Program-made: the position numbers and the translations under genes
Part shown: one piece after another, positions 37,631 to 47,416 of the stretch
Numbering within the stretch: the first letter of the stretch is position 1
How the letters are laid out: the number at the start of each line of letters is the position of its first letter
Notes under the pieces: generated by a model
Told to the model about the DNA's origin: nothing
Database searches by the model: none
Seen by the model: only the letters and a program-made list of their open reading frames with translations
Virus record (IMG/VR): IMGVR_UViG_3300048837_000984
Span: 64,001 to 128,000 of that record
DNA from: a virus
Strand: one strand, 5' to 3'
DNA: 64,000 nucleotides

Positions 37631-38137
37631 TCAGATTTTGTTCTCGACAACCGTCGCCGGTAGCGACGACATCATTGCTACCAGTCTGCGAACAAGATCG
37701 GCCGGCGTCAAGCCATGATTTGACTGCATCGGCCGACGAACCAGATACATCTTACTCTCGAAGCCCGGTGGCGGGCTGTACGAGTATGTCTCGCTCTCGT
37801 CTCGAATCAACTCCAGAACACCTCGCTCTGGGTCAGCCCTGAAGACCAGACCAGCTACCCGTACGGAGATTCGTTCGTTGCTGTAGCAACCGAGCGCGAC
37901 GTCGCCGGGTTGAAACCCGCCCAGAGTGAACTCTGGGAACGACCACGCATCATCCGTGACCGGAAGGAGGATAACCTCATCCGCGTCAGACGTACTGACG
38001 GTGAACGGCTCGTCACCGTTCTCGAAGGCGACCGAGTCGTCGGACACGCTGGCCAGAACGCCGATCGTTTCAGACGTTACATGGCCAAAGCGGACACCCA
38101 AAGAAATCTTCTGGCCGATCATGTTTTCCAGTTTCAA
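37631..38137 (-). CDS. hypothetical protein (two small beta-rich domains)
   Basis: 168 aa, TTGA coupling. Confidence 0.65.
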   Translation of the reverse strand: MKLENMIGQKISLGVRFGHVTSETIGVLASVSDDSVAFENGDEPFTVSTSDADEVILLPVTDDAWSFPEFTLGGFQPGDVALGCYSNERISVRVAGLVFRADPERGVLELIRDESETYSYSPPPGFESKMYLVRRPMQSNHGLTPADLVRRLVAMMSSLPATVVENKI

Positions 38138-38586
38138 GACAGCCCTCCTGGGTTGGTCAGGTTGAGTCGGTCAGCGATTATAGACGCCCGAGCCTGCGCC
38201 CGGAACGACGTGTCAGCAGTGGAGAAGATCAGCTTGACCTGTTCTGGCTCCACGATGTCGTACTCGAATCGCATGTCGCCTCCCAGACTCGAATCTGTCT
38301 GTTCGACGAAGGCGATGATTCTGGACCTGGAGTCCTCGTCCAAAGTTTTGTCCCCGTTCAACTTGACACAGATCGACAGGTACAACCTGCCACTGCCCAC
38401 GTCTTTGGCCAGAAAGAACCACAGCAGCCCGACCGCTGATGCAGCCACAGTCTCCGTCACAGACATCGGCGTGTGAAAATCGATCGGCGCGCCGAGTAGA
38501 AAACTGCGCGTCAGTCGGCTAATAAACAAAACAGCGCCGAACGCCAGGAACGCCGCCACAGCCGGTTTCAGATACGTGAAGTTCAT
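38134..38586 (-). CDS. membrane protein
   Basis: Two hydrophobic helices followed by a soluble domain. Confidence 0.65.
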   Translation of the reverse strand: MNFTYLKPAVAAFLAFGAVLFISRLTRSFLLGAPIDFHTPMSVTETVAASAVGLLWFFLAKDVGSGRLYLSICVKLNGDKTLDEDSRSRIIAFVEQTDSSLGGDMRFEYDIVEPEQVKLIFSTADTSFRAQARASIIADRLNLTNPGGLS

Positions 38587-38589
38587 GTC

Positions 38590-40078
38590 TCACCTCAAAC
38601 AAATCAGAGCACCACAGGAACGACTCAAAACCGCCACAGCAGAAAGATAGGGGTCCGGCATTAGCACAGACCCAGCCATAGAGAAACGACCTCGACCGCT
38701 ACTAGCCCACGCCAGCCAGAACCAGTTTGGACTACCGGCCCCGTGCCACAGGCGTGTGCCAGATAGCCCTGCTTTCAGAACCATTCTTCACCACGCAAGT
38801 AAGCTCCACTGAGCTTGCGTAGTCTCGCCGTCGCGGAAAATGCCAGCAACGGAAAGTATGCAAACGGTGAATGAACTAGAAAGGCCCTGTCTTCTTGAGC
38901 AGGACCTAGCCAATCCCAAACTCGGTCCGACCACTTGTTTGGTCTAGACAGGCTAGCTATATAACGCCGGTTCGCGGTCGCCCGGAAATTGTCGCGAAGG
39001 AAAGCACTCAATAATGGTTCCTCCTTTGCAGTAAGTTAGCTGTGTATTTATGGCGAAGTGTTGCAGCCGGTTCGTCCCAGCCTTCACCGCATAGAAACTG
39101 ACCGGCAAGTGGTAACTCGAGTCCGCCAAAAAGCCAGGCACGCCAAAAGTAGAGAAAGACGCCGGCACGCGGCAGCTCGGCGCCACTATTTCCTGCACAC
39201 ATAATCATCGTACGTATCCCAGCCTTGCACGGTGTTTTCCCCGTAAATTGGCAGTACAACCCCAGGGTGTAGCGGGTAATCGATAGGGATGATCGCGGTT
39301 GGGGTAACAGCCTAACAAGGCCCTGCAGCCCGACGGAAAACCGGTGGCATGGTAAACCGGCCAAAAGATGCGACCGATCACTGCAAACGGAAACTGACCC
39401 GCCATGTAGGCGCGCCCGTCGTAGTTGAGCAGGGCACTCATACGGGCCACCTCCAGACTTTTTGATACAAACGTGCGGTGAACCTGCCGCGCAGCATAGC
39501 ACTAGGTTCTCTGTCCTCGCCGTACCACAGAAAAGGGCCAGCAATGGGTATAAGACCGTCATGCACAAGCCATGTCCGCCATGGACAGAAAGATGCCAGC
39601 CGGTGCTTCATAGAGGCGCCGGTTGTGTTTCCCGAGGATAAACGCATAGTTCCCTCTAGATGCTGGCTACGCACCAACCGTCGAGTTTTGCCGCGTGTCC
39701 AACTGTCGGGATCCGGCGAGTTTCAAAATAAACCAGACAGGCGTGACTACCAGACGTGATGTCAGAAAAAAAGAATATCCGCAACGAAATCCGACCCAGG
39801 GTGGCTCGAGGGAACGAACCACTCAGGGTCGCCGCTTCGGACAACCCAAGGTAAGCTTTCACGGGGCCTCCTCACACGAGCTGCTCTAGCCGCGCTCGGC
39901 AATGCAAATACATGAAGCCGAGCCTACGCGGTCCCGCAAACGCTCTACCGTAGGACTTGTCCCAAACCAGAGACGCGGATTGTGTGTAGTAACGCGGGTA
40001 CATGACCGCAAAGGTGAGGTCATGTAGGTTGGCACCGCAAAAGGCATGAAACTCCCCTTGCCATAGCCAGGTGCTCAA
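38590..40078 (-). other. second cluster of x-A-x-L micro-ORFs (7 genes)
   Basis: 38590-38784, 38775-39011, 39008-39208, 39205-39450, 39438-39647, 39656-39862, 39872-40078; MSAFL, MKAYL, RAFL, GAYL, RAWL, TANL, GANL; coupled. Confidence 0.7.
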
Positions 40079-40857
40079 CTTTCAACTCCGTCCGGTTGGT
40101 TGACGCCGACCCCTGGATCGTAGGAAAACACCGACGTCCGGATGCTCCCGATGATCTGATACTTCTGGTCTGACGACATGTCTGGCCACTCGTCCGAGAA
40201 GAAGTCGAACAAGAGGTCTGTGTATTCTTCCTGCCAGCTCGAGACAAAAGCTTGGGCAGCTTCCTTGTTGGCCTTCTCGGCCTTATCGCAGCAGTGCGAG
40301 CTGCGCCCGATGTAGCCGTGGTAGACACGAACCGTACCGTTCGATACCAGCTCGACCACCATGCCGCCCAGAATCCATGAAACCCAGTCGTCACTGCGGT
40401 TTGGATTGTTGTTCCAGGCCTCATCCGCATTGACGCCATGAAATTTGCCGCCTTCGAGGACGATGGGCTTGCCGCAGAAGTCGCAGAGAAGAGGGCCACC
40501 GTGACAACCCATGGTTGCTAGAGGCTTGACAGGGGTCTGGCCCCTTCGGGATGTAGCAGAGACCACATCGTTGGCATACTTGCGGTAAGGGGCCATCATC
40601 TTTTCGTAGCACAAGTAGGCCGCGTAGATGTTACGGGCCAGTGAATGATCCTTCTTAAGTGGCTCGAACGTGACCTCGACCGTTGGTGGTGTCTCTGGCT
40701 TCGGATCGACTTCGCGAAGACGGGCATCGACCGGCTGTAGCCCGAGCTGTGCGCGGAGCTGGTTAATGATGGCAAGGTCTTCCTTTTGTGCATTCAGTGG
40801 CTGCGTCGGGTACTCCGACACCAGGAAGTCGAGCCGGTCTTGGATCTCTTTGGACAT
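40075..40857 (-). CDS. hypothetical protein with Zn ribbon
   Basis: CDFCGKP; 260 aa; ATGA-coupled to micro-ORF cluster 2. Confidence 0.7.
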   Translation of the reverse strand: MSKEIQDRLDFLVSEYPTQPLNAQKEDLAIINQLRAQLGLQPVDARLREVDPKPETPPTVEVTFEPLKKDHSLARNIYAAYLCYEKMMAPYRKYANDVVSATSRRGQTPVKPLATMGCHGGPLLCDFCGKPIVLEGGKFHGVNADEAWNNNPNRSDDWVSWILGGMVVELVSNGTVRVYHGYIGRSSHCCDKAEKANKEAAQAFVSSWQEEYTDLLFDFFSDEWPDMSSDQKYQIIGSIRTSVFSYDPGVGVNQPDGVES

Positions 40858-40881
40858 GTCTCTTTCTCCAGAAAGGAAAAG

Positions 40882-41486
40882 TTAGTTACCGAGTCGTGCG
40901 TCCGACCTGGCTCGCGATTTCGCGACACAGAAGAGCTTGATAACGGGATCGACGGCGATCTTGGCACCCGACCCGTTGCGCTGTTGCTTGAGCGCTTTTT
41001 TAAGTGCTGTCTCACCCAGTCGAGCCAGGCTGTTGGCATTCGAGCCGTGAACGGGAACGATCGTCACCATCTTCTTCTCCTTTGCATGGTACTTCTCAGT
41101 CCTCGTATTGACAGAGTTTAGCTGCTGAGAAGTAGTTCAGAATCGTAAGAAAGTTGTCTTCGTAATCAGCGCCAGGGAACAGAATCGGATTGTTCCACAT
41201 GTGTCCCCACACTCTAGCGCCAGAGTGACGACGCAGACTGGCACTCCGGCCGATTCGGCGACCAATGTTGAGTATCGTACCCAGGTACTGGATTCCGTCT
41301 CCCTGACAGAGCTTAGCTTTGTACACGTGACTCCTATCCGGGCCAAAGAGTCGCTCGGTAGCGTCCGCCGAGTTCGGCCGCGTTATTCAGGTGATAGGCA
41401 CCGAACCGCCACCAAGGTGTGAACATAGCTGGCCGGTTTAGGAAAGACGGAGCGCAGTAAGCAAAATCGTAATAGGGAATTATCAA
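40882..41486 (-). other. third cluster of x-A-x-L micro-ORFs (3 genes)
   Basis: About 41334-41486 (GAYH, RATL; TTGA-coupled), 41096-41326 (KAKL, SASL, AAKL), 40882-41070 (LARL, DARL). Confidence 0.5.
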
Positions 41487-41704
41487 CAGAACTCGTCCTC
41501 CTTGTATGCTTCTCTGTCAACGGTCAAGAGCGCCTCTTCAAGGACGCTCGTCGGATAAGATTCAATTGGGGGAAGCCAGCGATTGCCTACCTTGAGCAGG
41601 TAGACGTTGCCGAAACCGTGGACGTGAACGATGACTCTGGTCGCCCTCCAGTTCGACTCCCTGGAGGCGCCACTGAAAAGGACGACATAATTTTTAAGTG
41701 CCAC
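41483..41704 (-). CDS. hypothetical protein
   Basis: 73 aa. Confidence 0.55.
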   Translation of the reverse strand: MALKNYVVLFSGASRESNWRATRVIVHVHGFGNVYLLKVGNRWLPPIESYPTSVLEEALLTVDREAYKEDEFC

Positions 41705-41777
41705 GCCTGATACCTAAGAGGAACAGTAAAGCCTAAGCTCCTGCATAGGATATTGACGCATTCCGGGCACTTTTTCA

Positions 41778-42563
41778 TTACACGACTTCGGACCCCAGTA
41801 CACGCAGGTTACGTACACTGAACTCGCCAGAGCTATGCAGGTCGACCATGGCGAACCCGCGGAACCAGTTATTGATGGGCAGCCAGAATGGATTCAGACC
41901 GCAAGCGCAGCCGATGCTCCAGGCCGATTGAAGCTTTCCGGAGACAGTCGGCGCATTGTACTCGTCGGGTCTGTGAAAGTGGCTGGTGATGATTGACTGG
42001 CGAGCGCGCATGAACACGGTTCTAGCTGGACTGACCGGATCGCTGGCGCCAGAACGAAACTCGTGTCCGTGAACGACAGCTAACTTGCCCAGGTGAATGA
42101 CTCTGCGATCCCCCACGTAGTCGATATCGTTCTTCTCGAACTCGAACAGCTGGGGAAGTGAAATAGCATCCAGACCGAAAAGGGCTGGCGCTCGTCTGAT
42201 GATGTAACGATCGAGGCGTTCTTCGTGGTTGCCTTTGCGATAGATGATTCTGGATTTGGGGAACTGCTGGCGGAGATAGGTCAGGAATTCGATGGCTGAT
42301 TTGCGTTCTTCTCTATAGCGTGGAGCGCCGGGGTCCTGGTCGAAGTCTGACATTTCATGTGCATCGACTATATCTCCGTTCAGTATGATTCCAGTAGCCC
42401 TGTCTTTCTTGGCCCTCTTCACGGCCAGCTCGATTGTCTTGACATCGTGGTACCGGATGTGCGTGTCGCCCAGGATCAGATAGTGTCCGGGCTCTTCGAT
42501 GTGGACCTGTTCGTGGCTGGTGTAGACAGAGGAAGGAATCTCGGCTTTGGTCTTGCGTGACAC
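41778..42563 (-). CDS. calcineurin-like metallophosphoesterase
   Basis: GDTH, NGDIVD, GNHEER, HGHE, SHFH motifs. Confidence 0.9.
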   Translation of the reverse strand: MSRKTKAEIPSSVYTSHEQVHIEEPGHYLILGDTHIRYHDVKTIELAVKRAKKDRATGIILNGDIVDAHEMSDFDQDPGAPRYREERKSAIEFLTYLRQQFPKSRIIYRKGNHEERLDRYIIRRAPALFGLDAISLPQLFEFEKNDIDYVGDRRVIHLGKLAVVHGHEFRSGASDPVSPARTVFMRARQSIITSHFHRPDEYNAPTVSGKLQSAWSIGCACGLNPFWLPINNWFRGFAMVDLHSSGEFSVRNLRVLGSEVV

Positions 42564-42669
42564 GTCGGGCCTCCATGCGTTCTGTCTGTGGTTGCACTCT
42601 CCGTTCCCTGAGATAGAGCCATTCTAAACAATGGCCTGTCAAGGTTGTAGCAGTTCGGGTTCTGATAGA

Positions 42670-42707
42670 TAAAAACAAGAAAGAGAAGACCACCCCGAAG
42701 GGCGGTC
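42670..42707 (-). terminator. Rho-independent terminator
   Basis: GACCGCCC-ttcg-GGGTGGTC followed by a U-rich tract on the minus strand. Confidence 0.6.
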
Positions 42708-42712
42708 AAATT

Positions 42713-42991
42713 TCAGTCTCTACCAGCGATAGCAACTAGGGACTGAAATTCTTTGTGGCTGATCGGAAAGATCGCCACAAAGGCCGCTATCTGCAGCTCC
42801 AGCCGCTCTGGAATCGAGCGGGCTGGGCTGGACGTTTTCCCGTCCAGGAGGTCGCGCACGCTGCGCTCCCCGCTGACCTGCAACGAACCCTCCGGCAATA
42901 CGCAGGAGTGAGGAGTCGTCTGTATAACGACTCCAACGTAGCACCGGTCGTCTCGGCCCACGAAGATGTAAGCCTGCCCTGTCGCGGTCAT
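42713..42991 (-). CDS. hypothetical protein
   Basis: GGAGGAGG RBS; 92 aa. Confidence 0.6.
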   Translation of the reverse strand: MTATGQAYIFVGRDDRCYVGVVIQTTPHSCVLPEGSLQVSGERSVRDLLDGKTSSPARSIPERLELQIAAFVAIFPISHKEFQSLVAIAGRD

Positions 42992-43104
42992 TCTGTCCTC
43001 CTCCTTCACTACGCACCCGCCACGGTGGCGGGTGCTAGACTGTGGTCTGGAAATTCCCCGCATGCCCTACGACGGGCTACGCCTGAAGCGTGCGGGGATT
43101 AACA

Positions 43105-43389
43105 TCAATAATCCCGGTTCCCGCGACGGGGGATACCGGGGGCGTCCTCGTCCTCGACCTCGTCCCAGTCCTCTTCTGGGTCCGGGATCGCATGTTGATT
43201 GCACAGGAACGTGCGACCGTCTGCGGTCGCAACCGTGCGACCGTTATACTCGCCGAGGCGAGTACTATTTTCACAGCCGCACAGGGCTGTGAGAATAACG
43301 CGACCGTTTTCCTCACGCCGGACGCAGCCGTCGAACTGGTTGCGGTCGCGGGCAGCCAGAGCATTCTCGCAAATCAGGGTTCGGGGCAT
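43105..43389 (-). CDS. Cys-containing acidic hypothetical protein
   Basis: GGAG RBS; 94 aa. Confidence 0.55.
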   Translation of the reverse strand: MPRTLICENALAARDRNQFDGCVRREENGRVILTALCGCENSTRLGEYNGRTVATADGRTFLCNQHAIPDPEEDWDEVEDEDAPGIPRRGNRDY

Positions 43390-43456
43390 GTTGCCCCTCC
43401 TTTCATTAGAGAAACCCAGACGAGCGCAACGCACGCAAGTCCGGGTTCCTGGTTAT

Positions 43457-43528
43457 TGGGAACGGCGGGAGTTGAACCCACTTCCAAGGGTTTATGAGAC
43501 CCCTGCTCTACCGTTGAGCTTCGTTCCC
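43457..43528 (-). tRNA. tRNA, anticodon CAT (elongator Met or Ile2)
   Basis: GGGAACG/CGTTCCC acceptor, GCTC/GAGC D stem, GGGGT-CTCATAA-ACCCT, GTGGG-TTCAACT-CCCGC; CCA not encoded. Confidence 0.9.
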
Positions 43529-43536
43529 GGGTACTT

Positions 43537-43965
43537 CTACGCGTTGGGGGCAGCCAGCGCGTGTCCACGCCAGAACGCGATCGAGGCGTCGCGTTCTTCC
43601 TGACGCAACGTCGGGTCGTCAATCTCGCGGGGGCTGACCGGACCCCCGAAGACCGTGTAAAGGACACAGGGCTGGCCCTGGTGAGGGCCAGCAATGACAG
43701 TAACCGTCCGAGTCGGACGGCTCGGCCGGTTGGTCAGCCGACTTGGGTAAGCTCGACCTGGCCGAGCCCGCCACTCCACCTCGTCTTCAGTCAGAGGTGG
43801 GTCGCCCATCGTCGGGCCGTACAACCCGCACTCAACCTCCGGCAGATCCGCCGGGAGGTCGAAGGTTTCGATAAAGAACTCTGTGCGGTGGGCGAAACGC
43901 GACAAAACGAACTGGACGACCTGTGGCGAAACGTGATCGGTGTGGCTATCTGTGGTGACAATCAT
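43537..43965 (-). CDS. phage hypothetical protein
   Basis: GLYGP..GD.P...R.SRL...TVIAGP...LYT.FGGP. Confidence 0.7.
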   Translation of the reverse strand: MIVTTDSHTDHVSPQVVQFVLSRFAHRTEFFIETFDLPADLPEVECGLYGPTMGDPPLTEDEVEWRARPGRAYPSRLTNRPSRPTRTVTVIAGPHQGQPCVLYTVFGGPVSPREIDDPTLRQEERDASIAFWRGHALAAPNA

Positions 43966-43993
43966 CACCACTCCTCTCCCCCCTTCAAGGGGT

Positions 43994-44038
43994 AAAAAAG
44001 AAGTCATCACAAGCCGGTTTTCGGCCGGCTTGTGATGA
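43994..44038 (-). terminator. Rho-independent terminator
   Basis: 14-bp stem TCATCACAAGCCGG/CCGGCTTGTGATGA plus U tract. Confidence 0.75.
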
Positions 44039-44085
44039 TTACAGGGTTACCACATTATCTTGACGCAGAAAAGGCTGTTTTTTAG

Positions 44086-44862
44086 CTATCGGGCTATGGG
44101 TCTTTCCATACGAATCTTGTGTGCCAGTTCCTGGACCTTAGCAAGCTCCGGATAATACAACTTAGCCTGAACCATGTTAAGTGGACCGCCCCAAGCATTC
44201 TCTATCCCGTTGTAGATCTCCTGTAGGGCGGAGGCGTCAAGCTTCGGAAATAGCTGTTGCGCCATCGACAGCGCTTTACCTTGCTGGCCCAACAGTGCTT
44301 GCATGGCCTCTGTGTTTGGCTTGCCGTTTGGCATGACAAACTGCTTGCCCTCAGGTGTCGCTGCAAACTGCGCAATTGACAACAAGTTACCCGGCGCAGC
44401 TGGGTTGGCTGGCGGTTTCCGGTCCCAGTGTCCCAGGCTGGTCCGGGTCGGAACGTGCTGTGCTCCGGGTATGTTGAGAATAGATTCATCCAGTTCACCC
44501 ATCGCCGGTGGGGGCGGCGTCTGTGGCGCTTGTGGTTGCTTATTGACACCCATCCCAACAATCTTGCCCAGGTTGGGTAAGAGGTTGGAGAAGTTACCGC
44601 CAGAGAGTCCGTAACCGGCCGCACCTAGACCGGCCAGGCCGATGGCTGGGCTAAGCCAGTCAGGACCGGCATCGTCATCGCCGCCACCCATGAGTGAGTT
44701 GTACAGGCCGTAACCGGCAGCACCCAGTCCACCTACAGTAGCAATGCGCTGGGGCGTATCCATCTTGTTCCAGACCTCGCTTATCCCAGCTGGGATGTCC
44801 GCCAGGTCGGCCTGCTTGGTGATGTAGCCCAGGAGTTTCGCAAACTGGCTTTGCTGGTTCAC
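44086..44862 (-). CDS. putative virion/internal protein
   Basis: Gly-rich hydrophobic helices, K-x-A motif (TKQA). Confidence 0.55.
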   Translation of the reverse strand: MNQQSQFAKLLGYITKQADLADIPAGISEVWNKMDTPQRIATVGGLGAAGYGLYNSLMGGGDDDAGPDWLSPAIGLAGLGAAGYGLSGGNFSNLLPNLGKIVGMGVNKQPQAPQTPPPPAMGELDESILNIPGAQHVPTRTSLGHWDRKPPANPAAPGNLLSIAQFAATPEGKQFVMPNGKPNTEAMQALLGQQGKALSMAQQLFPKLDASALQEIYNGIENAWGGPLNMVQAKLYYPELAKVQELAHKIRMERPIAR

Positions 44863-44871
44863 GGGATCTCC

Positions 44872-45780
44872 TTATCCGCCAAAGTCGTCGTCTGCCATGG
44901 CTCGTATAGCCAATCGAGCCAGTAAGCGCATCGGAACCATGGACTTCGCGCCAACGCCGATCCCGGTGTGCGCGTACGTTGGTAGTGCATTCATGACGTC
45001 AAAGCGTCTCGGTCTCTCTTCACCTGCGCGGGTAGCCGTGACCTTGACGTCCTCGTTGCTGATGTGCCGAAGGAGTGCAGTAAGGCCTGCACCCAACCCC
45101 GCTCCACCCGCTGTAATCCCCGCAGCCGCGGCCGGATGCATATCTGTCGCAAAACTGAGCGATCCGAGACCACCACCAGCCAAGGCACCCAAGATGGCCT
45201 GACGACCCGGATCAGCCATCATGCCCTCAACCGGAGTGTTCATGTGCTGGATGATGTCCGGGATCCAGCGCTTCTCGCCCTTGCTGATCTGCTTCTTGAG
45301 GTCCTCGCTAGGTTCTTCGTGGACTTCATTTTTAAGTCCAAGTAGCTTCGCCACGCCGTCGCCGCTGTGGCTGGACGCAAACTTCACGGAGTCAGCGTAC
45401 ATTGCCAAGTTGTTGAGGATGTCGTACTTCTTCGGGTTCTTGGCCCCCGACCGAATAGCCGCCGCGGTGTTGTCCTGGTTCTTGATATACCGAAGTAGCG
45501 CAGCCATGCCTGCACCAAGGCCAGCCCCACCCAGTCCACCAACAGCAGCGCCAATGCCTGTGGCGTTGTTCTTGGAGCCGATCATACCACCTACACCAGC
45601 ACCAGCACCGCCGCCGACCAGGGCACCAAGCAAGGCCTGGCGAAGGGGACTCGCTAGCGTATTCTCGGCTGGTGTGTTCAAGCTCTGAATGATATCTGGG
45701 ATCCAGCGCTCCTGACCCTTTTCCAGGCGATCGAGGAGTTCTGGATCGACATCAGCGTAATCAGGGTCTGTTCGGTCCAC
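44872..45780 (-). CDS. putative virion protein with internal tandem duplication
   Basis: Two KG..RWIPDIIQ..NTP...RQA.LGAL.GGG modules separated by SVKFA. Confidence 0.6.
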   Translation of the reverse strand: MDRTDPDYADVDPELLDRLEKGQERWIPDIIQSLNTPAENTLASPLRQALLGALVGGGAGAGVGGMIGSKNNATGIGAAVGGLGGAGLGAGMAALLRYIKNQDNTAAAIRSGAKNPKKYDILNNLAMYADSVKFASSHSGDGVAKLLGLKNEVHEEPSEDLKKQISKGEKRWIPDIIQHMNTPVEGMMADPGRQAILGALAGGGLGSLSFATDMHPAAAAGITAGGAGLGAGLTALLRHISNEDVKVTATRAGEERPRRFDVMNALPTYAHTGIGVGAKSMVPMRLLARLAIRAMADDDFGG

Positions 45781-47416
45781 GGCTGTCTCCTGCGGTTGGG
45801 AACTCCAGTACGTGACCAGCCCCGGGTGAGAGCTGGTTGGCAAGGTTTCTGGTTAACTTCATGCCGTCCATGCCCGGAAGGCTGCCGAACTGTTTGAGAC
45901 CGCTCAAAACAGCACCAGCCTGCCCCTGGCCGGTCAGAGCATTCTGAATGAACGGGTTTCCGTACAGGTTGCTAAGGGCCTGCTGTTGAACGTCGCCAAG
46001 ACCGTACTTTCGGGCAAACGCTTCCACAGCCTTGGGATTGTTTTGGCTCGCTACATCAGCTAGCTCAGCCGACTGGATGATGTTCTGGTTCTCTGCTTCC
46101 TGTGCAGCCTGCATTCGAGCTTGCTGGGCTCTGTCTGATACGATACCAAGACCGATAAAGCCCGCTGCCGGTATCACCGAAGGCGCCATCACATCTGCCA
46201 TGTACTTGCCCCAGGTTCTATCCGGAGGCGCTTTTGGCGTTGCTGACCTAAAACCGGCCCACGGGTCTGTAGGCCCTGGTTTCGGCCCAGCCTTGCCCCA
46301 ACGGAAAAGATTGGCCAGCCAGCCGCCCGCTCTGGCCAACCACGGCCACATAGCGTTCTTCTCCAGATTCGGAAGGAGGTTGGTCTTAGCCGGCACCGGT
46401 GGCGGGTTTGTAGGTAGCATCGACGATCGCATTCTCTGGACCGGCCCCTTGGCCCTCAGCCCAGGAAGGATCCCAGCTCTACCAAACTCCATGGCTCCAG
46501 GAGAACCCTTGGCCAGGGTTGATGGCGTTGATCGAAACATCTTGGCGAGCAAGCCAGCCAGGCCAGGGATCCGGAACAAGGAAGCTAGGCCAGCCATGCT
46601 TTTCTTATCATAGGCCAGCTTAGGCTGCTCCAATGGCTCGGCCATCGGCTGGATGGGCGGCTGGTTCGGAGAAACGCTCTGGGCAACCGTAGCGCCTGGT
46701 TGTTCTGTAACACCGATTCCGTTGGGAGACTTCGGTGCGGGTGGTTTGGGTTGTGTACCTGGCTTCGTACCCGGTTGTGTCTGACCTTCTGGTTGCTGTT
46801 GCTTGTTGCCTGCCCACCACTGCCACAGCCACGGCAGAAGGGAAGCTACAGTCAGGGCACCGTTTATCCAGAAAGCAACCTTCTCGAACTCCTCCCGAGC
46901 CTCAGGGAGCAACGAAGCCTTTTTCACCAGAGGCGCAACCTGTTGCGGGCTCAACCCACAATCGAAGCAGCACTTCAGGAAACCAGCAACAAAGGGGTTC
47001 TGCTCCACAAAAGCCGCCAACTTGGCCTGGCTGGGTGGAGTCATCACTGGCTGGGGCTGTTGCATCTGTGGTGGCTGTTGCAACAGCTGCCCGCCGGGCT
47101 TCGGTGGATTGGGACCAGCCGGAGCCTTTAGCTGTGGTTGCTGTTGGGGCTGTTGTTGAGGCTGTTGCTGTTGTGGTTGTGGCGGTGCCTGAGCCTGCGG
47201 CATGTTCTCTGGCCGCGGCGGAGTGATCGGACCTTGCGGCGAACCGGCTATAGGGAAGGGAGATCCTGGGCCATCCGGCAAGAGGTCCTCAGGTCCACCC
47301 ACTTCAGCTGGCTGGTCTGTCGGTCGAGCCAACGGTGAAACAGCCCGGCCGGGGACAACAGGTCCCCGGCGTCCGGACTGATAGATGGCTTTCTTCAGTA
47401 GCGCTCGGTCAAGCAT
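45761..47416 (-). CDS. putative virion protein, Pro/Gln-rich
   Basis: Several K-x-A motifs followed by Trp-rich amphipathic segments. Confidence 0.6.
   Translation of the reverse strand: MLDRALLKKAIYQSGRRGPVVPGRAVSPLARPTDQPAEVGGPEDLLPDGPGSPFPIAGSPQGPITPPRPENMPQAQAPPQPQQQQPQQQPQQQPQLKAPAGPNPPKPGGQLLQQPPQMQQPQPVMTPPSQAKLAAFVEQNPFVAGFLKCCFDCGLSPQQVAPLVKKASLLPEAREEFEKVAFWINGALTVASLLPWLWQWWAGNKQQQPEGQTQPGTKPGTQPKPPAPKSPNGIGVTEQPGATVAQSVSPNQPPIQPMAEPLEQPKLAYDKKSMAGLASLFRIPGLAGLLAKMFRSTPSTLAKGSPGAMEFGRAGILPGLRAKGPVQRMRSSMLPTNPPPVPAKTNLLPNLEKNAMWPWLARAGGWLANLFRWGKAGPKPGPTDPWAGFRSATPKAPPDRTWGKYMADVMAPSVIPAAGFIGLGIVSDRAQQARMQAAQEAENQNIIQSAELADVASQNNPKAVEAFARKYGLGDVQQQALSNLYGNPFIQNALTGQGQAGAVLSGLKQFGSLPGMDGMKLTRNLANQLSPGAGHVLEFPTAGDSRGPNRP

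Noticed and set aside
44065-44074. Contiguous match GCAGAAAAGG to the first five NN pairs of unit 3
   Set aside because: A 10-mer match is plausible by chance across 128 kb of both strands and four queries, and the match breaks afterwards.
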